Part shown: positions 9,556 through 19,720 of the stretch, piece by piece
Layout of the letters: the number at the start of each line of letters is the position of its first letter
How positions within the stretch are numbered: position 1 is the first letter of the stretch
Assembly: GCA_028700975.1 (NCBI GenBank)
Contig: JAQVRQ010000003.1
Span: 2,175-66,174, forward strand
Source of the DNA: Bacteroidales bacterium
GTDB lineage: Bacteria; Bacteroidota; Bacteroidia; Bacteroidales; UBA932
DNA: 64,000 bases
Direction: 5' to 3'
Made by a program: the position numbers and the translations under genes
The notes under the pieces: generated by a model
What the model was told of the DNA's origin: nothing
Seen by the model: only the letters and a program-made list of their open reading frames with translations
Database searches by the model: none

Positions 9556-11990
9556 TGAAAAATATTTATTTCATATTTCTTTTAATAGTTCTTACGGGAT
9601 GTAACTATACGGAATCAAGTCCCGGAAGAGGTGTAAGCAAAGAACTTGCAGAAAAGAGATTTGAAAATATTTCATCAATCAGGTATAAGTTGCATTTTGA
9701 TATACCAGACGATGTTAACTCTAAAATTGAGGCTAATGTTGAAATCTCTTTTGCTCTTGATAAGAGAGATGTTATTTATCTCGATTTTTTTCACGATTCT
9801 ATAAATCCGGTCTATTCGCTAATAATTAATGACGTTAATGTTAAGCCAGTAATTTTGGATGAACATTTAGTTATCGAGAAAGGGCATCTTAAAAAGGGGA
9901 CAAATCATTTGTCAATCAAATTTCTGGCCGGAGAGCAATCTCTTAACAGGAGAGATGAGTTTTTATATACTTTGCTGGTGCCCGATAGAGCCAGAACTCT
10001 TTTTCCCTGTTTTGACCAACCGGATCTTAAAGCTATTTATGAGCTTTCGTTAACACTGCCTAATGGCTGGATTGCTATGGCCAATTCAAATTCTGTTGAA
10101 GTCAAGAGTGGATATATGAAATTTGCTCCATCCGAACCTCTTCCTACATATCTTTTTTCATTTGTTGCGGGAAAATTTAAACAACATCGAGCCTCTTCTG
10201 CAGATAGAATTATTACAATATTTCACAGAGAAACAGAGCCATATAGGATATCACAATGTGACACCATTGCTGCTCAGATTTTTTCATCTCTGGAGTGGCT
10301 GGAGGATTATACCGGAATACCATACCCATTTTCAAAATATGATATTGCAATAATACCAGGGTTTCAGTACGGTGGTATGGAGCACGCAGGTGCCACTCTT
10401 TATGCAGACAGAACTCTTTTCACAGGCGAGAATCCTACATCGGCAGAGAGATTTGCTAGGGCAAAACTGATTGCTCACGAGACTGCCCATATGTGGTTTG
10501 GAGACTATGTAACAATGAAGTGGTTTGATGATGTGTGGACAAAAGAGGTATTTGCAAACTGGTTTGCTGCCAGGATGGTAACTCCGCTGTTTCCGGAAAT
10601 GGATCATAATCTGGCATTTACAGATAGCTATTTTCCACCCGCTTATGAAGAGGACCGAACACTGGGAGCGAACCCGGTTCAACAACCTCTAGACAACCTT
10701 AATAACGCTGGATTGGTGTATGGAAACATAATATACAACAAGGCTCCAATTGTTATGGAGATGATGGTAGAGGTGATAGGAGAGGAGAATTTTAGAAAAG
10801 GTATACGAGAGTATCTTGAAAAATTTGCTTTTTCTAACGCTACCTGGGATAATCTTATTGAGATACTGGATAGCTATACAGAGGTTGACCTAAATACCTG
10901 GAGCAATGTCTGGATTAAGGAGAGAGGCAGGCCTGAGGTCAAAATTTCAATGGCTGAAAATGGAGGTGTTAAATTGGCCCAGAAAGACCCTTTTAACAGA
11001 GGATTAGAGTGGGAGCAAGAGATGCTCAACATAGTGTCTGAAGATGGATTTATATACCCCAATGTTGATGGAAAGGCATATGCTCTTTTTATAACTGACT
11101 CCTTAAATAACGATATCCTGCTGGAAAGATTGCCTCATTTTACACCATTGACAAGAGGCTCATTATTAATAACACTGTATGAGAATATGGTAGCAGGGTA
11201 TATTAATCCTGAGGGGTTTTCTGATGCCGTCTGCGATATGTTACTCCTTGAAAATGATAGAATTGTTTTTAACAGGGCCGTTAGTTACCTCGCCTCGGCA
11301 AATATCAGATATTTACAAGGCACTTCTGCTTCACAGAGAGCTGCAGATGCCTTATGGAGAATCTCTTCATCTACAAAAACCGGGGATTTAAGATTAACAG
11401 CTTTCAGGTCTCTGGTTCGTTTTGCCTGGGGAGAAGAGTGGGCTTTGCTTTTCTTTGATATTCTAAAGAATCCATCCAAATATACGGGGATAAAACTTAG
11501 CGAAAGAGATTTTATCAATCTGGCCTACGAGTCAGCTCTTAGAAATCCATTGTTGTACGATGAGATAAAGAGATTAGCACTTACCTACATTAACGGAAAG
11601 GACAGAAGAGAGGAGTTCAGCTTTATATACCCTGCGCTCTCACCGGATAAGGCTGTGAGAGACTCACTCTTCAGAACTCTTTTAGAGAAGGAGAACAGAG
11701 TAGTCGAGCCATGGACTGCAAGTGCTCTGACCTATTTATGTCACTACTCTAGGTCAAAAGATGCTGTTAACTATATCACTCCTGCTTTAGCAATCCTTCC
11801 GGAGATTCAGAGAACAGGTGATATCTTTTTCCCGCGAAACTGGCTTCAGGCTTTGTTATCCGGCCAAAGAGGGGATAGAGCTTCTCTTCTAATTATTGAC
11901 TATTTAGATAGTGCTAAAATTCATCCTCTTTTAAGAGGTAAGGTTTTGCAACAGGCAGATCATATAATAAATCCCAAAGCGAGGAGATGA
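9555..11990 (+). CDS. pepN: M1 family aminopeptidase N, lipoprotein
   Basis: Lipobox LTGC; GGMEH; HETAH-x18-E; FPCFDQPD. Confidence 0.9.
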   Translation: MKNIYFIFLLIVLTGCNYTESSPGRGVSKELAEKRFENISSIRYKLHFDIPDDVNSKIEANVEISFALDKRDVIYLDFFHDSINPVYSLIINDVNVKPVILDEHLVIEKGHLKKGTNHLSIKFLAGEQSLNRRDEFLYTLLVPDRARTLFPCFDQPDLKAIYELSLTLPNGWIAMANSNSVEVKSGYMKFAPSEPLPTYLFSFVAGKFKQHRASSADRIITIFHRETEPYRISQCDTIAAQIFSSLEWLEDYTGIPYPFSKYDIAIIPGFQYGGMEHAGATLYADRTLFTGENPTSAERFARAKLIAHETAHMWFGDYVTMKWFDDVWTKEVFANWFAARMVTPLFPEMDHNLAFTDSYFPPAYEEDRTLGANPVQQPLDNLNNAGLVYGNIIYNKAPIVMEMMVEVIGEENFRKGIREYLEKFAFSNATWDNLIEILDSYTEVDLNTWSNVWIKERGRPEVKISMAENGGVKLAQKDPFNRGLEWEQEMLNIVSEDGFIYPNVDGKAYALFITDSLNNDILLERLPHFTPLTRGSLLITLYENMVAGYINPEGFSDAVCDMLLLENDRIVFNRAVSYLASANIRYLQGTSASQRAADALWRISSSTKTGDLRLTAFRSLVRFAWGEEWALLFFDILKNPSKYTGIKLSERDFINLAYESALRNPLLYDEIKRLALTYINGKDRREEFSFIYPALSPDKAVRDSLFRTLLEKENRVVEPWTASALTYLCHYSRSKDAVNYITPALAILPEIQRTGDIFFPRNWLQALLSGQRGDRASLLIIDYLDSAKIHPLLRGKVLQQADHIINPKARR

Positions 11991-12883
11991 GTAATCAAAA
12001 AAAAGCTGTTGTGCTGGCCTCCTTTGTGGTCTTTTTCTGGGCCACTGTTGCCACTGCCTTTAAATTAGCGCTTGAGGGAATGGGAGCAGTGACTTTGCTT
12101 CTTATATCCTCAGTTACAGCTTTGGCAGTTTTCACTATATATTTGATTATCAATAAAAGGTTGGCATCTGTTTTGAGTTCATTAAAAGAGCCTAAAGTTC
12201 TGCTGAGTTCCGCCTGGCAAGGTGCATTGAATCCTTTTATCTACTACCTGATTTTGTTTAAGGGTTACTCTATGCTCCCTGCTCAGATTGCTCAACCTTT
12301 GAACTTTTCCTGGCAGGTAGTCCTGATACTGCTAATGGCCATTTTTCTTAAGCAGAAAATTGGTTTTAAACAAGCTTTCGGTGTCTTGATAAGCTTTACT
12401 GGGATTGTAATTTTATCCCTTAATAATGGAGCGGATACATCTGGCTCTCTCTCTGGGACGGGAGTTTTTTTTATTCTTCTAAGCACAGTAATTTGGGCTG
12501 TTTACTGGATGCTTAAAATTGATAATTCAAAAGATCCGGTTGAGGAGCTTTTTAGAAATTTTCTTGTGGGTTCGCTATATCTGCTTATCGCTTTTATCAT
12601 ATATCCTGAACCGGTGAGAGCCGGTATTCCTCTCTATGCTGCTTTATACATAGGAGTTTTTGAAATGGGGATAACATTTATACTTTGGAATAAAGCTCTT
12701 AATATCGCTTCAAATAGAGTGACAGTTACCCAGATGATATATTTGGCTCCTATGCTTTCATTTGTTATTATAAACAGAGTTTTAGGAGAGCATATTGTAT
12801 TGTTGACAATATTAGGTCTAATATTGATTGTCTCAGGAATTTTTATTAGTAATATGAAGGGGAAAAAGGCTGTTGAGAGGTAA
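11987..12883 (+). CDS. DMT/EamA family transporter
   Basis: About 10 hydrophobic helices in a two-repeat EamA pattern; 298 aa. Confidence 0.85.
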   Translation: MSNQKKAVVLASFVVFFWATVATAFKLALEGMGAVTLLLISSVTALAVFTIYLIINKRLASVLSSLKEPKVLLSSAWQGALNPFIYYLILFKGYSMLPAQIAQPLNFSWQVVLILLMAIFLKQKIGFKQAFGVLISFTGIVILSLNNGADTSGSLSGTGVFFILLSTVIWAVYWMLKIDNSKDPVEELFRNFLVGSLYLLIAFIIYPEPVRAGIPLYAALYIGVFEMGITFILWNKALNIASNRVTVTQMIYLAPMLSFVIINRVLGEHIVLLTILGLILIVSGIFISNMKGKKAVER

Positions 12884-12911
12884 TGGATTTTGGATGTATG
12901 AAAAAAATTCA

Positions 12912-12919
12912 TACATTTG
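12912..12919 (+). promoter_or_regulatory. -7 element (TACATTTG) for tRNA-Cys
   Basis: TAnnTTTG 12 nt upstream of the tRNA. Confidence 0.7.
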
Positions 12920-12931
12920 CATCCCCTAATC

Positions 12932-13002
12932 GGTACCATGGCCGAGTGGTTAGGCAGCGGTCTGCAAAACCGTGTACAGCAGTTCGAATCTGCTTGGTAC
13001 CT
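12932..13002 (+). tRNA. tRNA-Cys (GCA); CCA not encoded
   Basis: Acceptor stem GGTACCA/TGGTACC, D-arm GCCGAGTGGTTAGGC, anticodon loop CTGCAAA, T-loop GTTCGAATC, discriminator U. Confidence 0.96.
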
Positions 13003-13003
13003 C

Positions 13004-13046
13004 AATAAAAGAGCCGGAGTTAAACAATCTCCGGCTCTTTTATTTT
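13004..13046. terminator. Bidirectional intrinsic terminator
   Basis: AATAAAAGAGCCGGAG-loop-CTCCGGCTCTTTTATT inverted repeat between the convergent tRNA-Cys and DUF3276 genes. Confidence 0.88.
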
Positions 13047-13066
13047 AATTCAATTGAAGAGTTACT

Positions 13067-13414
13067 CTACAACTCCTCAAAGTTAACATCTGAAAATGAG
13101 CTGGTACTATCTTTAGTGGTCTTCTCCTGAGTTTGAGGAGCATTTTCTCTAATATATTTGATTATCTCTTCCAGACCTTGGGAGAATTTTTCAAAATCCT
13201 CCTTGTAAAGGAATATTTTGTGTTTGTCGTAAACGAATCTACCATCACGATCAAGCCTTCTTTTGCTCTCAGTTATTGTGAGGTAATAGTCGTTGTTCTT
13301 GGTTGCCTTTACATCAAAAAAATAGGTGCGTTTTCCGGCTCTCACCGGTTTTGAAAAAACATCATCCCCGTTTCTCTCCTGTGAATCGTTAATGTCAAAG
13401 TCTTCGAAGTACAT
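13067..13414 (-). CDS. PUR-family DNA/RNA-binding protein (DUF3276)
   Basis: VFSKPVRAGKRTYFFDVK...YYLTITESK...KHKIFLYKEDF signature. Confidence 0.9.
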   Translation of the reverse strand: MYFEDFDINDSQERNGDDVFSKPVRAGKRTYFFDVKATKNNDYYLTITESKRRLDRDGRFVYDKHKIFLYKEDFEKFSQGLEEIIKYIRENAPQTQEKTTKDSTSSFSDVNFEEL

Positions 13415-13439
13415 TTTAGTTCAATTTAGATTTGCCTGA

Positions 13440-13480
13440 CAAAGATAAAATTATTTTTTGTGCACAAAAACCTATCTTTG
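13440..13480. promoter_or_regulatory. Divergent -7 elements (TATCTTTG on each strand) flanking a 16-bp palindrome
   Basis: CAAAGATA at 13440-13447, TATCTTTG at 13473-13480 and TTTTTGTGCACAAAAA at 13455-13470. Confidence 0.65.
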
Positions 13481-13508
13481 TAAAATATTTGCATATTGAA
13501 GAAAATTT

Positions 13509-14456
13509 ATGATTAACAGAAGGCTAATAAGGGTAAAGGTTTTTAAATCTCTTTTTGGAAGAGTGAGTTCTGATACATTTTCGCTAACAGGCGCGGAGAG
13601 TGAGCTTTTATCAAGTTGTGAGAAGAGCCTTGAGCTTTACTATTTTATTCTCTCTCTTCCTGTTGCTGTAAGAAGAGCAGCTCAGGTTAAAATTGAGAAT
13701 GGTCTCAAGAAGTTTCATCCTACTGAAGAGGAGCGCAATCCAAATATGAGGTTTGCAGAAAATCGAGCAATACAAATTCTTGAGGATAATAATGAGCTTA
13801 TTGAGTTTTGCGATAAAAGATCTCTCAGGTGGAATGATCTGCAATCTTTAGTTAAGAAAATTTTGTCATCCTTGACCAGTTCAGAGTACTATACAGAATA
13901 TATGGAATCATCTGAATCCTCTTTTGAGAGTGACTTAGCATTTTTGATAAAGTTTTTTGAAGAGGAGCTTGAGGAGAACGAAGATCTTCACGCTATACTT
14001 GAGGATATGTCTCTATTCTGGATTGATGACCTTGAATATGTTATCAATGTTATAATTAAAAGACTTTCATCGCTGAAGGAGGGATCCAAATTAAGACATC
14101 CATCTCTTTTTATGAAGGATGATGACAGGGAGTATGCTGTAAAACTTCTAGAGAAGTCAATGCTCAATTATTCAAAATATGTTGAATTAATGAGCGGTTA
14201 CTTAAAAAATTGGGATATTGAACGCCTTGCAATTACAGATACAGCTCTTATTGTTATGGGTATTGCGGAAGCCGTTGAATTTCAAGACATTCCTATTAAA
14301 GTTACAATTAACGAATATGTTGAGCTTTCTAAGTTTTTCAGTACTCCAAATAGCAAGGTATTCGTAAATGGTATACTTGACAAGGTTATTGCAGGCTTAA
14401 TTGCAGAAGGCAAAGTTGAGAAGAGAGGCCGGGGTTTGGTGGGCTCGGCAGAATGA
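13509..14456 (+). CDS. nusB: Transcription antitermination factor NusB (long Bacteroidota form)
   Basis: MINRRLIRVKV start; C-terminal NWDIERLA...IPIKVTINEYVELSKFFST...FVNGILD. Confidence 0.92.
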   Translation: MINRRLIRVKVFKSLFGRVSSDTFSLTGAESELLSSCEKSLELYYFILSLPVAVRRAAQVKIENGLKKFHPTEEERNPNMRFAENRAIQILEDNNELIEFCDKRSLRWNDLQSLVKKILSSLTSSEYYTEYMESSESSFESDLAFLIKFFEEELEENEDLHAILEDMSLFWIDDLEYVINVIIKRLSSLKEGSKLRHPSLFMKDDDREYAVKLLEKSMLNYSKYVELMSGYLKNWDIERLAITDTALIVMGIAEAVEFQDIPIKVTINEYVELSKFFSTPNSKVFVNGILDKVIAGLIAEGKVEKRGRGLVGSAE

Positions 14457-14490
14457 TTATTTTTGTATTAATTTTTAACAAACAGATAAA

Positions 14491-14814
14491 ATGAATTTTT
14501 TGACAATTTTACAGGCACAGCCGGCAGGTGCAGGAACCGGTAACTGGAGTTTCCTCATAATGATGGGTCTAATCTTTGTTGTGATGTACTTTTTTATGAT
14601 ACGTCCACAGCAAAAGAAACAGAAGGAGCTAGTTAAGTTTCGTCAGTCCTTGCAAAAAGGAGACAAGGTTATTACAGCGGGTGGAATTTACGGAAGAGTG
14701 GCCGATGTTAATGATAAAGATAGCTTCATCCTACTGGAAGTTGATAGTAATGTCAAAATCAGAGTAGATAAATCATCTATTGTAAAGGATATTTCGGATA
14801 TCCCACAGAAATAA
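14491..14814 (+). CDS. yajC: Preprotein translocase subunit YajC
   Basis: YFFMIRPQQKKQK...LQKGDKVITAGGIYG. Confidence 0.95.
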   Translation: MNFLTILQAQPAGAGTGNWSFLIMMGLIFVVMYFFMIRPQQKKQKELVKFRQSLQKGDKVITAGGIYGRVADVNDKDSFILLEVDSNVKIRVDKSSIVKDISDIPQK

Positions 14815-14829
14815 TTCAAAAGCTTTATT

Positions 14830-15810
14830 ATGATAAAGCTTAAGATTTTTAATATATCCTACGAAAGGGGCAGACAAATTTTACTTTTTTTGTTCTGTCT
14901 CTTTCTTGCTTTTATCATATGGTCAATACATAAACTTTCAGAAAGCTACACTGTATATATGCAGTATAGAGTAACTGCTTCTGCAGGACTTGATGGAAGA
15001 AGTTCAGAGGCAGACTCAGAGAATCTTCTTATGGTTAGAGGTAAAGCTACCGGATTCTATATTCTGCAGCATCGTTTTACATCAAAGGAGAGTAGTTTAA
15101 AGATTCTGCCAGAGAGGAGGTTGGTTAAAAGAAGAACCGGGGTTAGAGATGGATTCTTTGTTTTGGTTAAGGATGTAAATGACAAACTTATCCAGTCACT
15201 TGGGAACAATGTTTTTGTAGAATCATTTACAACAGACACACTCTTTTTTGTCTTTCCTGGTCAAACAAATAAAAAAGTTGCTGTAAAGACAAACTTTATG
15301 CTCTCTTTTGCGCCACAGTATACATTAGGATCTAAACCAAAAATTTCACCAGATTCTGTTACACTATATGGAGAGAGTTCGTTACTCTCTCAAATAGATT
15401 CTGTAATAACAAAACCTGTTAAACACGAAGCCCTTGTCAAATCGCTTGAAGGTGTGACAGAGCTTGTACCTATCAACGGGGTGAGGTTTTCTGAGTCAGA
15501 CATATTTTACTCTATGGATGTAGTAAGGTATGTGGAGAAGAGTATTATTATTCCTGTTACATTTGTTAACTTGCCTCAGGAGGCCAGAGTAAAGGCTCAC
15601 CCCTCTGAAGTTAAACTCTATTATACCGAAAAATTTGGAGAGCCAACATTTGAGCAGACTTTCATCGCACTTGAAGTTGATTATAGAGAGTACAAATCTT
15701 CAATTAATGGAGTGGTAAAGGTTAAGCTATCAGGAGAACAGAAGGGGATGCTCTCTTGGAGAATTGATCCACCTTTTGTTGAGGTGATAAGTACACTAGA
15801 GGACTCTTAA
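14830..15810 (+). CDS. YbbR/CdaR-like membrane-anchored protein
   Basis: N-terminal TM (FLFCLFLAFIIW), PDSVTLYG and PSEVKL YbbR-like repeats; usual yajC-X-coaE position. Confidence 0.7.
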   Translation: MIKLKIFNISYERGRQILLFLFCLFLAFIIWSIHKLSESYTVYMQYRVTASAGLDGRSSEADSENLLMVRGKATGFYILQHRFTSKESSLKILPERRLVKRRTGVRDGFFVLVKDVNDKLIQSLGNNVFVESFTTDTLFFVFPGQTNKKVAVKTNFMLSFAPQYTLGSKPKISPDSVTLYGESSLLSQIDSVITKPVKHEALVKSLEGVTELVPINGVRFSESDIFYSMDVVRYVEKSIIIPVTFVNLPQEARVKAHPSEVKLYYTEKFGEPTFEQTFIALEVDYREYKSSINGVVKVKLSGEQKGMLSWRIDPPFVEVISTLEDS

Positions 15811-15820
15811 ATATTTTATT

Positions 15821-16423
15821 ATGTTTTGCTTTGCAGTTACAGGAGGAATTGGAAGCGGGAAGTCATACTTGGTTCGACTTATGTCCTCGCTTGGTCTTCC
15901 TGCATACATTGCAGATTATAGGGCAAAGGAGCTTTATAAAACAAACAGAACATTGGTAAATAACCTTGCAAACCTTCTTGGTAAAGAGATCCTTTCAGAT
16001 GATGGGATAAGAAAGGATATAATGGCGGCAAAGATTTTTTCAAATCCAGACTTGCTTGAGCAGGTTAATTCAATTGTTCATCCCGAGGTTCTTAATGATT
16101 TTTATCAGTGGCGGGGATTAATGAAGAGTGAGGGTTATGATACTGTAATCTACGAGTCTGCTATATTTCTTGAAACTCCCAGGTTTCACAGAATTGCAGA
16201 TAAAGTGATTGTGGTTGTAGCTCCGGAGGATGAGAGAGTAAGAAGGGTTATTAAACGTGATTCTCTTTCTGAAGTTAGTGTCAGGGAGAGGATGTCAAGG
16301 CAGTGGAGTGATGAGAAGAGGTTAAAAATGGCAGATTTCGTTATATTTGCAGACGGAAAAAGGGCTATTTTGCCACAGGTGATGGAGATTTTAAATCAAA
16401 CAGGTATTAAACCAGAAATTTAA
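15821..16423 (+). CDS. coaE: Dephospho-CoA kinase
   Basis: VTGGIGSGKS P-loop, IVHP, ESAI and RVIKRD motifs. Confidence 0.93.
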   Translation: MFCFAVTGGIGSGKSYLVRLMSSLGLPAYIADYRAKELYKTNRTLVNNLANLLGKEILSDDGIRKDIMAAKIFSNPDLLEQVNSIVHPEVLNDFYQWRGLMKSEGYDTVIYESAIFLETPRFHRIADKVIVVVAPEDERVRRVIKRDSLSEVSVRERMSRQWSDEKRLKMADFVIFADGKRAILPQVMEILNQTGIKPEI

Positions 16424-17157
16424 TGGGTTATAGTAAATGGATTACAGGGGCACTTGGTTGGGCCCTTGGTGGGCCAATTGGCGGATTGATGGGATTTGCG
16501 TTGGGCTCTTTTTTTGATAAAAATGATGCGGGGACTACTTCCTCAAGAGGGAGAGCCAAATATTCAGGTACAGAGCAGAGAAATAGCTTTATGGTCTCCC
16601 TGCTAATTCTTTCATCTGCTATAATGAAGGCAGATAAAAGAGTCCTTAAAAGTGAACTTGATTATGTAAAGAGATTTATTTCTGAAAACTTTGGGGAGGA
16701 TGCTGCAGCTGAATCGGTGTTGTTGTTAAGAGACCTTCTTAAACAGGATGTAAATATTGAGTCTGTATGCTCTCAAATTAGAATCAATACAAATTCAGCT
16801 ACAAGATTGCAACTGCTCCATTACCTAACAGGTATTGCAAGAGCAGATGGAAATGTAAGCAGTGATGAATTGTCGATGCTTAGAAGGATTTCTGCTGCAC
16901 TCTCAATTCCTTTTCAGGATGGTGAGTCAATTTTTGCTATGTTTGACAAAGGCTTAGATGCAGCATACCAGATTCTTGAAATTGACAAAAACGTTACAGA
17001 TGAAGAGGTTAAAAAAGCTTACAAAAAGATGGCTATAAAACACCATCCAGATAAAGTCTCTAGCTTAGGGGTGGATGTACAGAGATCTGCAGAAGAGAAG
17101 TTTAAGAAAATTAATGAAGCTTACGAAAAAATTAAAAAAGATAGAGGATTAGTTTAA
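16423..17157 (+). CDS. djlA: DjlA-like co-chaperone (TerB domain plus C-terminal J domain)
   Basis: N-terminal GALGWALGGPIGG; TerB-like KAD/ARADG; J domain with HPDK. Confidence 0.85.
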   Translation: MGYSKWITGALGWALGGPIGGLMGFALGSFFDKNDAGTTSSRGRAKYSGTEQRNSFMVSLLILSSAIMKADKRVLKSELDYVKRFISENFGEDAAAESVLLLRDLLKQDVNIESVCSQIRINTNSATRLQLLHYLTGIARADGNVSSDELSMLRRISAALSIPFQDGESIFAMFDKGLDAAYQILEIDKNVTDEEVKKAYKKMAIKHHPDKVSSLGVDVQRSAEEKFKKINEAYEKIKKDRGLV

Positions 17158-17179
17158 TATCAATTGAAAAATTAATAGA

Positions 17180-17599
17180 ATGAAAATCAATTTACAGAAA
17201 ATTTTAACTGTATCCGGATATCCGGGACTTTATAAATATGTGGCACAGGCAAATTCGGGTGTTGTTGTGGAATCTCTATCAGACAAAAAAAGAATGGTGT
17301 GTGGAATGAGTGCAAAACTATCATCATTGTCTGATATATCAGTTTTTACAGAGGATGAAGACGTTAAGCTTCAGCAACTTTTTGATAAGATGAAAGAGAA
17401 ATTGGGTGATGATAGTGCACCATCCGGGAAGTCTGATCCAGCTATATTGAAAAGTTTTTTTGAAGAGGTTCTACCTGATTATGACCGTGATCGATTCTAT
17501 GTATCACATATGAAGAAAGTTGTTGAATGGTATAACAATCTTAAGGAGTTTGCTTCACTTGAATTCCTTGAAGAGGGTGAGGAGGAGTCTGCTGAATGA
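17180..17599 (+). CDS. Conserved Bacteroidota protein (DUF5606-like)
   Basis: ILTVSGYPGLYK...SSLSDISVFT...LPDYDRDRFYVSHMKKVVEWYN. Confidence 0.75.
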   Translation: MKINLQKILTVSGYPGLYKYVAQANSGVVVESLSDKKRMVCGMSAKLSSLSDISVFTEDEDVKLQQLFDKMKEKLGDDSAPSGKSDPAILKSFFEEVLPDYDRDRFYVSHMKKVVEWYNNLKEFASLEFLEEGEEESAE

Positions 17600-18921
17600 C
17601 AGTAGGAAAAATTCAGCTTGTCACTTTAGGTTGTTCAAAGAACAGAGTTGATTCAGAGCATCTTTTAAAACAGATATTTGAGTCAGGAATATCAATATCA
17701 GCTGAGGGTGAGGATCTATCAAAGGCAAATGTCAATGCTGTTATAATAAACACTTGCGGATTTATTAAAGATGCAAAAAAAGAGAGCATTGAGGCGATTT
17801 TGTCTGCTGTAGAGGCAAAGAACAGAGGTTATATCAAAAAGGTTTTTGTTTTTGGTTGCTTATCCCAAAGATATCTTCTAGAACTTGAGGATTCAATACC
17901 TGAGGTAGATGGCTTTTATGGTGCTTTTGATTCCAAATCGGTACTTAATGCCCTGGGAAAGGAGTGGAATCCCCTCCTAGAGACACATAGATATATAACT
18001 ACTCCCAACCATTATGCATATCTTAAAATATCTGAAGGTTGTGACAGAGTATGCTCCTACTGTTCAATTCCTCTAATAAGGGGTACTCATAAATCTGTCC
18101 CTCAAGAGTACTTGCTTGAAGAGGCTTCAAATCTGGCTCAAAATGGGGTGAAAGAGCTTATTTTGGTTGCTCAGGATACAACATATTATGGGCTTGATCT
18201 ATACAAGAAGAGAGCTCTTGCTCCGTTAATGGAGAAGTTGAGTCTTATAAAGGGGATTGAGTGGATAAGATTACTATATTCATACCCAGCCTCTTTTCCT
18301 GAAGATGTGCTGGATGTAATGGCTTCAAATGATAAGATATGTAAGTATCTGGATATTCCTCTTCAGCATATTAATGACAAAGTTTTGGCCAATATGAGAC
18401 GTTCAATTGATGGAGCGGGTACAAGGGCTCTTGTTGAGAAATTCAGAAAGAGAGTGCCCGGAATCTCATTAAGAACTACAATGATTGTGGGTCACCCGGG
18501 AGAGGATAAACGGGCCTTTAAAGATCTGCTCAATTTTATTGAAGAGGCAAAGTTTGAAAAACTAGGTGCATTTACTTACTCAGAAGAGGAGGGAACCTGG
18601 GGCGCTTCAAACCTCCGTGATACAATAAGAAATCGAGAGAAACAGGAGCGTTACAATATGCTGATGGAGGTGCAGTCCGGAATATCTTTGAATCATAATC
18701 TTTCGAGGGTTGGATCGCAGGAGAGGGTAATTATTGATTACGAGGATGATACTGTATTTGTTGGGAGAAGTACCAAAGAGAGCCCAGAGGTGGATGGAGA
18801 GATACTCATTGGTAAGAGTGAGATTCCAAAAGGTTTTTCAACCAAAGATATTATTGGTACATTTGTTGAAGCTAAGATTGAGAGTGCAGGGGAGTATGAT
18901 CTTACTGCACGTATTGTTTAA
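17596..18921 (+). CDS. rimO: Ribosomal protein S12 methylthiotransferase RimO
   Basis: LGCSKNRVDSE, NTCGFI, CDRVCSYC radical SAM motif, PEVDG TRAM region. Confidence 0.93.
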   Translation: MTVGKIQLVTLGCSKNRVDSEHLLKQIFESGISISAEGEDLSKANVNAVIINTCGFIKDAKKESIEAILSAVEAKNRGYIKKVFVFGCLSQRYLLELEDSIPEVDGFYGAFDSKSVLNALGKEWNPLLETHRYITTPNHYAYLKISEGCDRVCSYCSIPLIRGTHKSVPQEYLLEEASNLAQNGVKELILVAQDTTYYGLDLYKKRALAPLMEKLSLIKGIEWIRLLYSYPASFPEDVLDVMASNDKICKYLDIPLQHINDKVLANMRRSIDGAGTRALVEKFRKRVPGISLRTTMIVGHPGEDKRAFKDLLNFIEEAKFEKLGAFTYSEEEGTWGASNLRDTIRNREKQERYNMLMEVQSGISLNHNLSRVGSQERVIIDYEDDTVFVGRSTKESPEVDGEILIGKSEIPKGFSTKDIIGTFVEAKIESAGEYDLTARIV

Positions 18922-18950
18922 TTGATTATTAACGAATTTTAAAATCGAAT

Positions 18951-19697
18951 ATGAAACTACTTGAAGGAAAGGTAGCACTTATAACCGGAGCTGCCAGAGG
19001 TATTGGCAAAGCGATTGCATTAAAATATGCTTCTGAAGGAGCAAACATTGCATTTACAGATTTGGTTGTTGATGAGAATGCTGAGAATACTAAGTCTGAA
19101 ATAGAATCTTATGGTGTTAAAGCGTTGGCAATAGCCTCGAATGCTGCAAATTTTGAAGAGTCTCATACTGTTGTTGAGCAGGTTGTTAAGGTGTTTGGAA
19201 AAATTGACATTCTGGTTAATAACGCAGGTATTACCAAAGATGGTCTTATGATGCGAATGAGTGAACAGCAATGGGATGCTGTGATAAATGTTAATCTTAA
19301 GAGTGCATTTAATTTTGTACACGCTGTGACGCCTGTGATGATGCGTCAGAGGGGTGGAAGTATTATTAATATGAGTTCAGTAGTGGGAGTTGGTGGAAAT
19401 GCAGGACAAGCTAACTACTCGGCCTCAAAGGCAGGAATGATTGGCTTAACCAAATCCATAGCTCAGGAGTTAGGCTCAAGAGGTGTAAGGGCTAATGCAG
19501 TTGCACCTGGCTTTATTATAACCGAAATGACAGAAAAACTTCCTGAAGATGTGAAAACCCAGTGGGCTGCACAAATTCCGCTTAGAAGGGGTGGTAAACC
19601 GGAGGATGTTGCAGATGTCTGTACTTTTTTAGCTAGTGAGCTATCCTCATATGTTACGGGTCAGGTGATATCTGTCTGCGGTGGTATGAAAATGTAA
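18951..19697 (+). CDS. fabG: 3-oxoacyl-ACP reductase
   Basis: TGAARGIG, NNAGIT, GQANYSASK (YxxxK) motifs. Confidence 0.93.
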   Translation: MKLLEGKVALITGAARGIGKAIALKYASEGANIAFTDLVVDENAENTKSEIESYGVKALAIASNAANFEESHTVVEQVVKVFGKIDILVNNAGITKDGLMMRMSEQQWDAVINVNLKSAFNFVHAVTPVMMRQRGGSIINMSSVVGVGGNAGQANYSASKAGMIGLTKSIAQELGSRGVRANAVAPGFIITEMTEKLPEDVKTQWAAQIPLRRGGKPEDVADVCTFLASELSSYVTGQVISVCGGMKM

Positions 19698-19720
19698 TAA
19701 TATTAAAATAAACCGGAATC

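Noticed and set aside
12634-13005. 123-aa minus-strand ORF
   Set aside because: Antisense to the EamA gene and tRNA-Cys, with no recognisable protein features.
12932-13066. tRNA-Cys as an integration site
   Set aside because: No integrase, no duplicated tRNA 3' end seen, and flanked by core genes.
16342-16349. TATATTTG inside coaE as an internal promoter for djlA
   Set aside because: The octamer occurs often by chance in AT-rich DNA, and djlA is TAATG-coupled to coaE; there is no further support.
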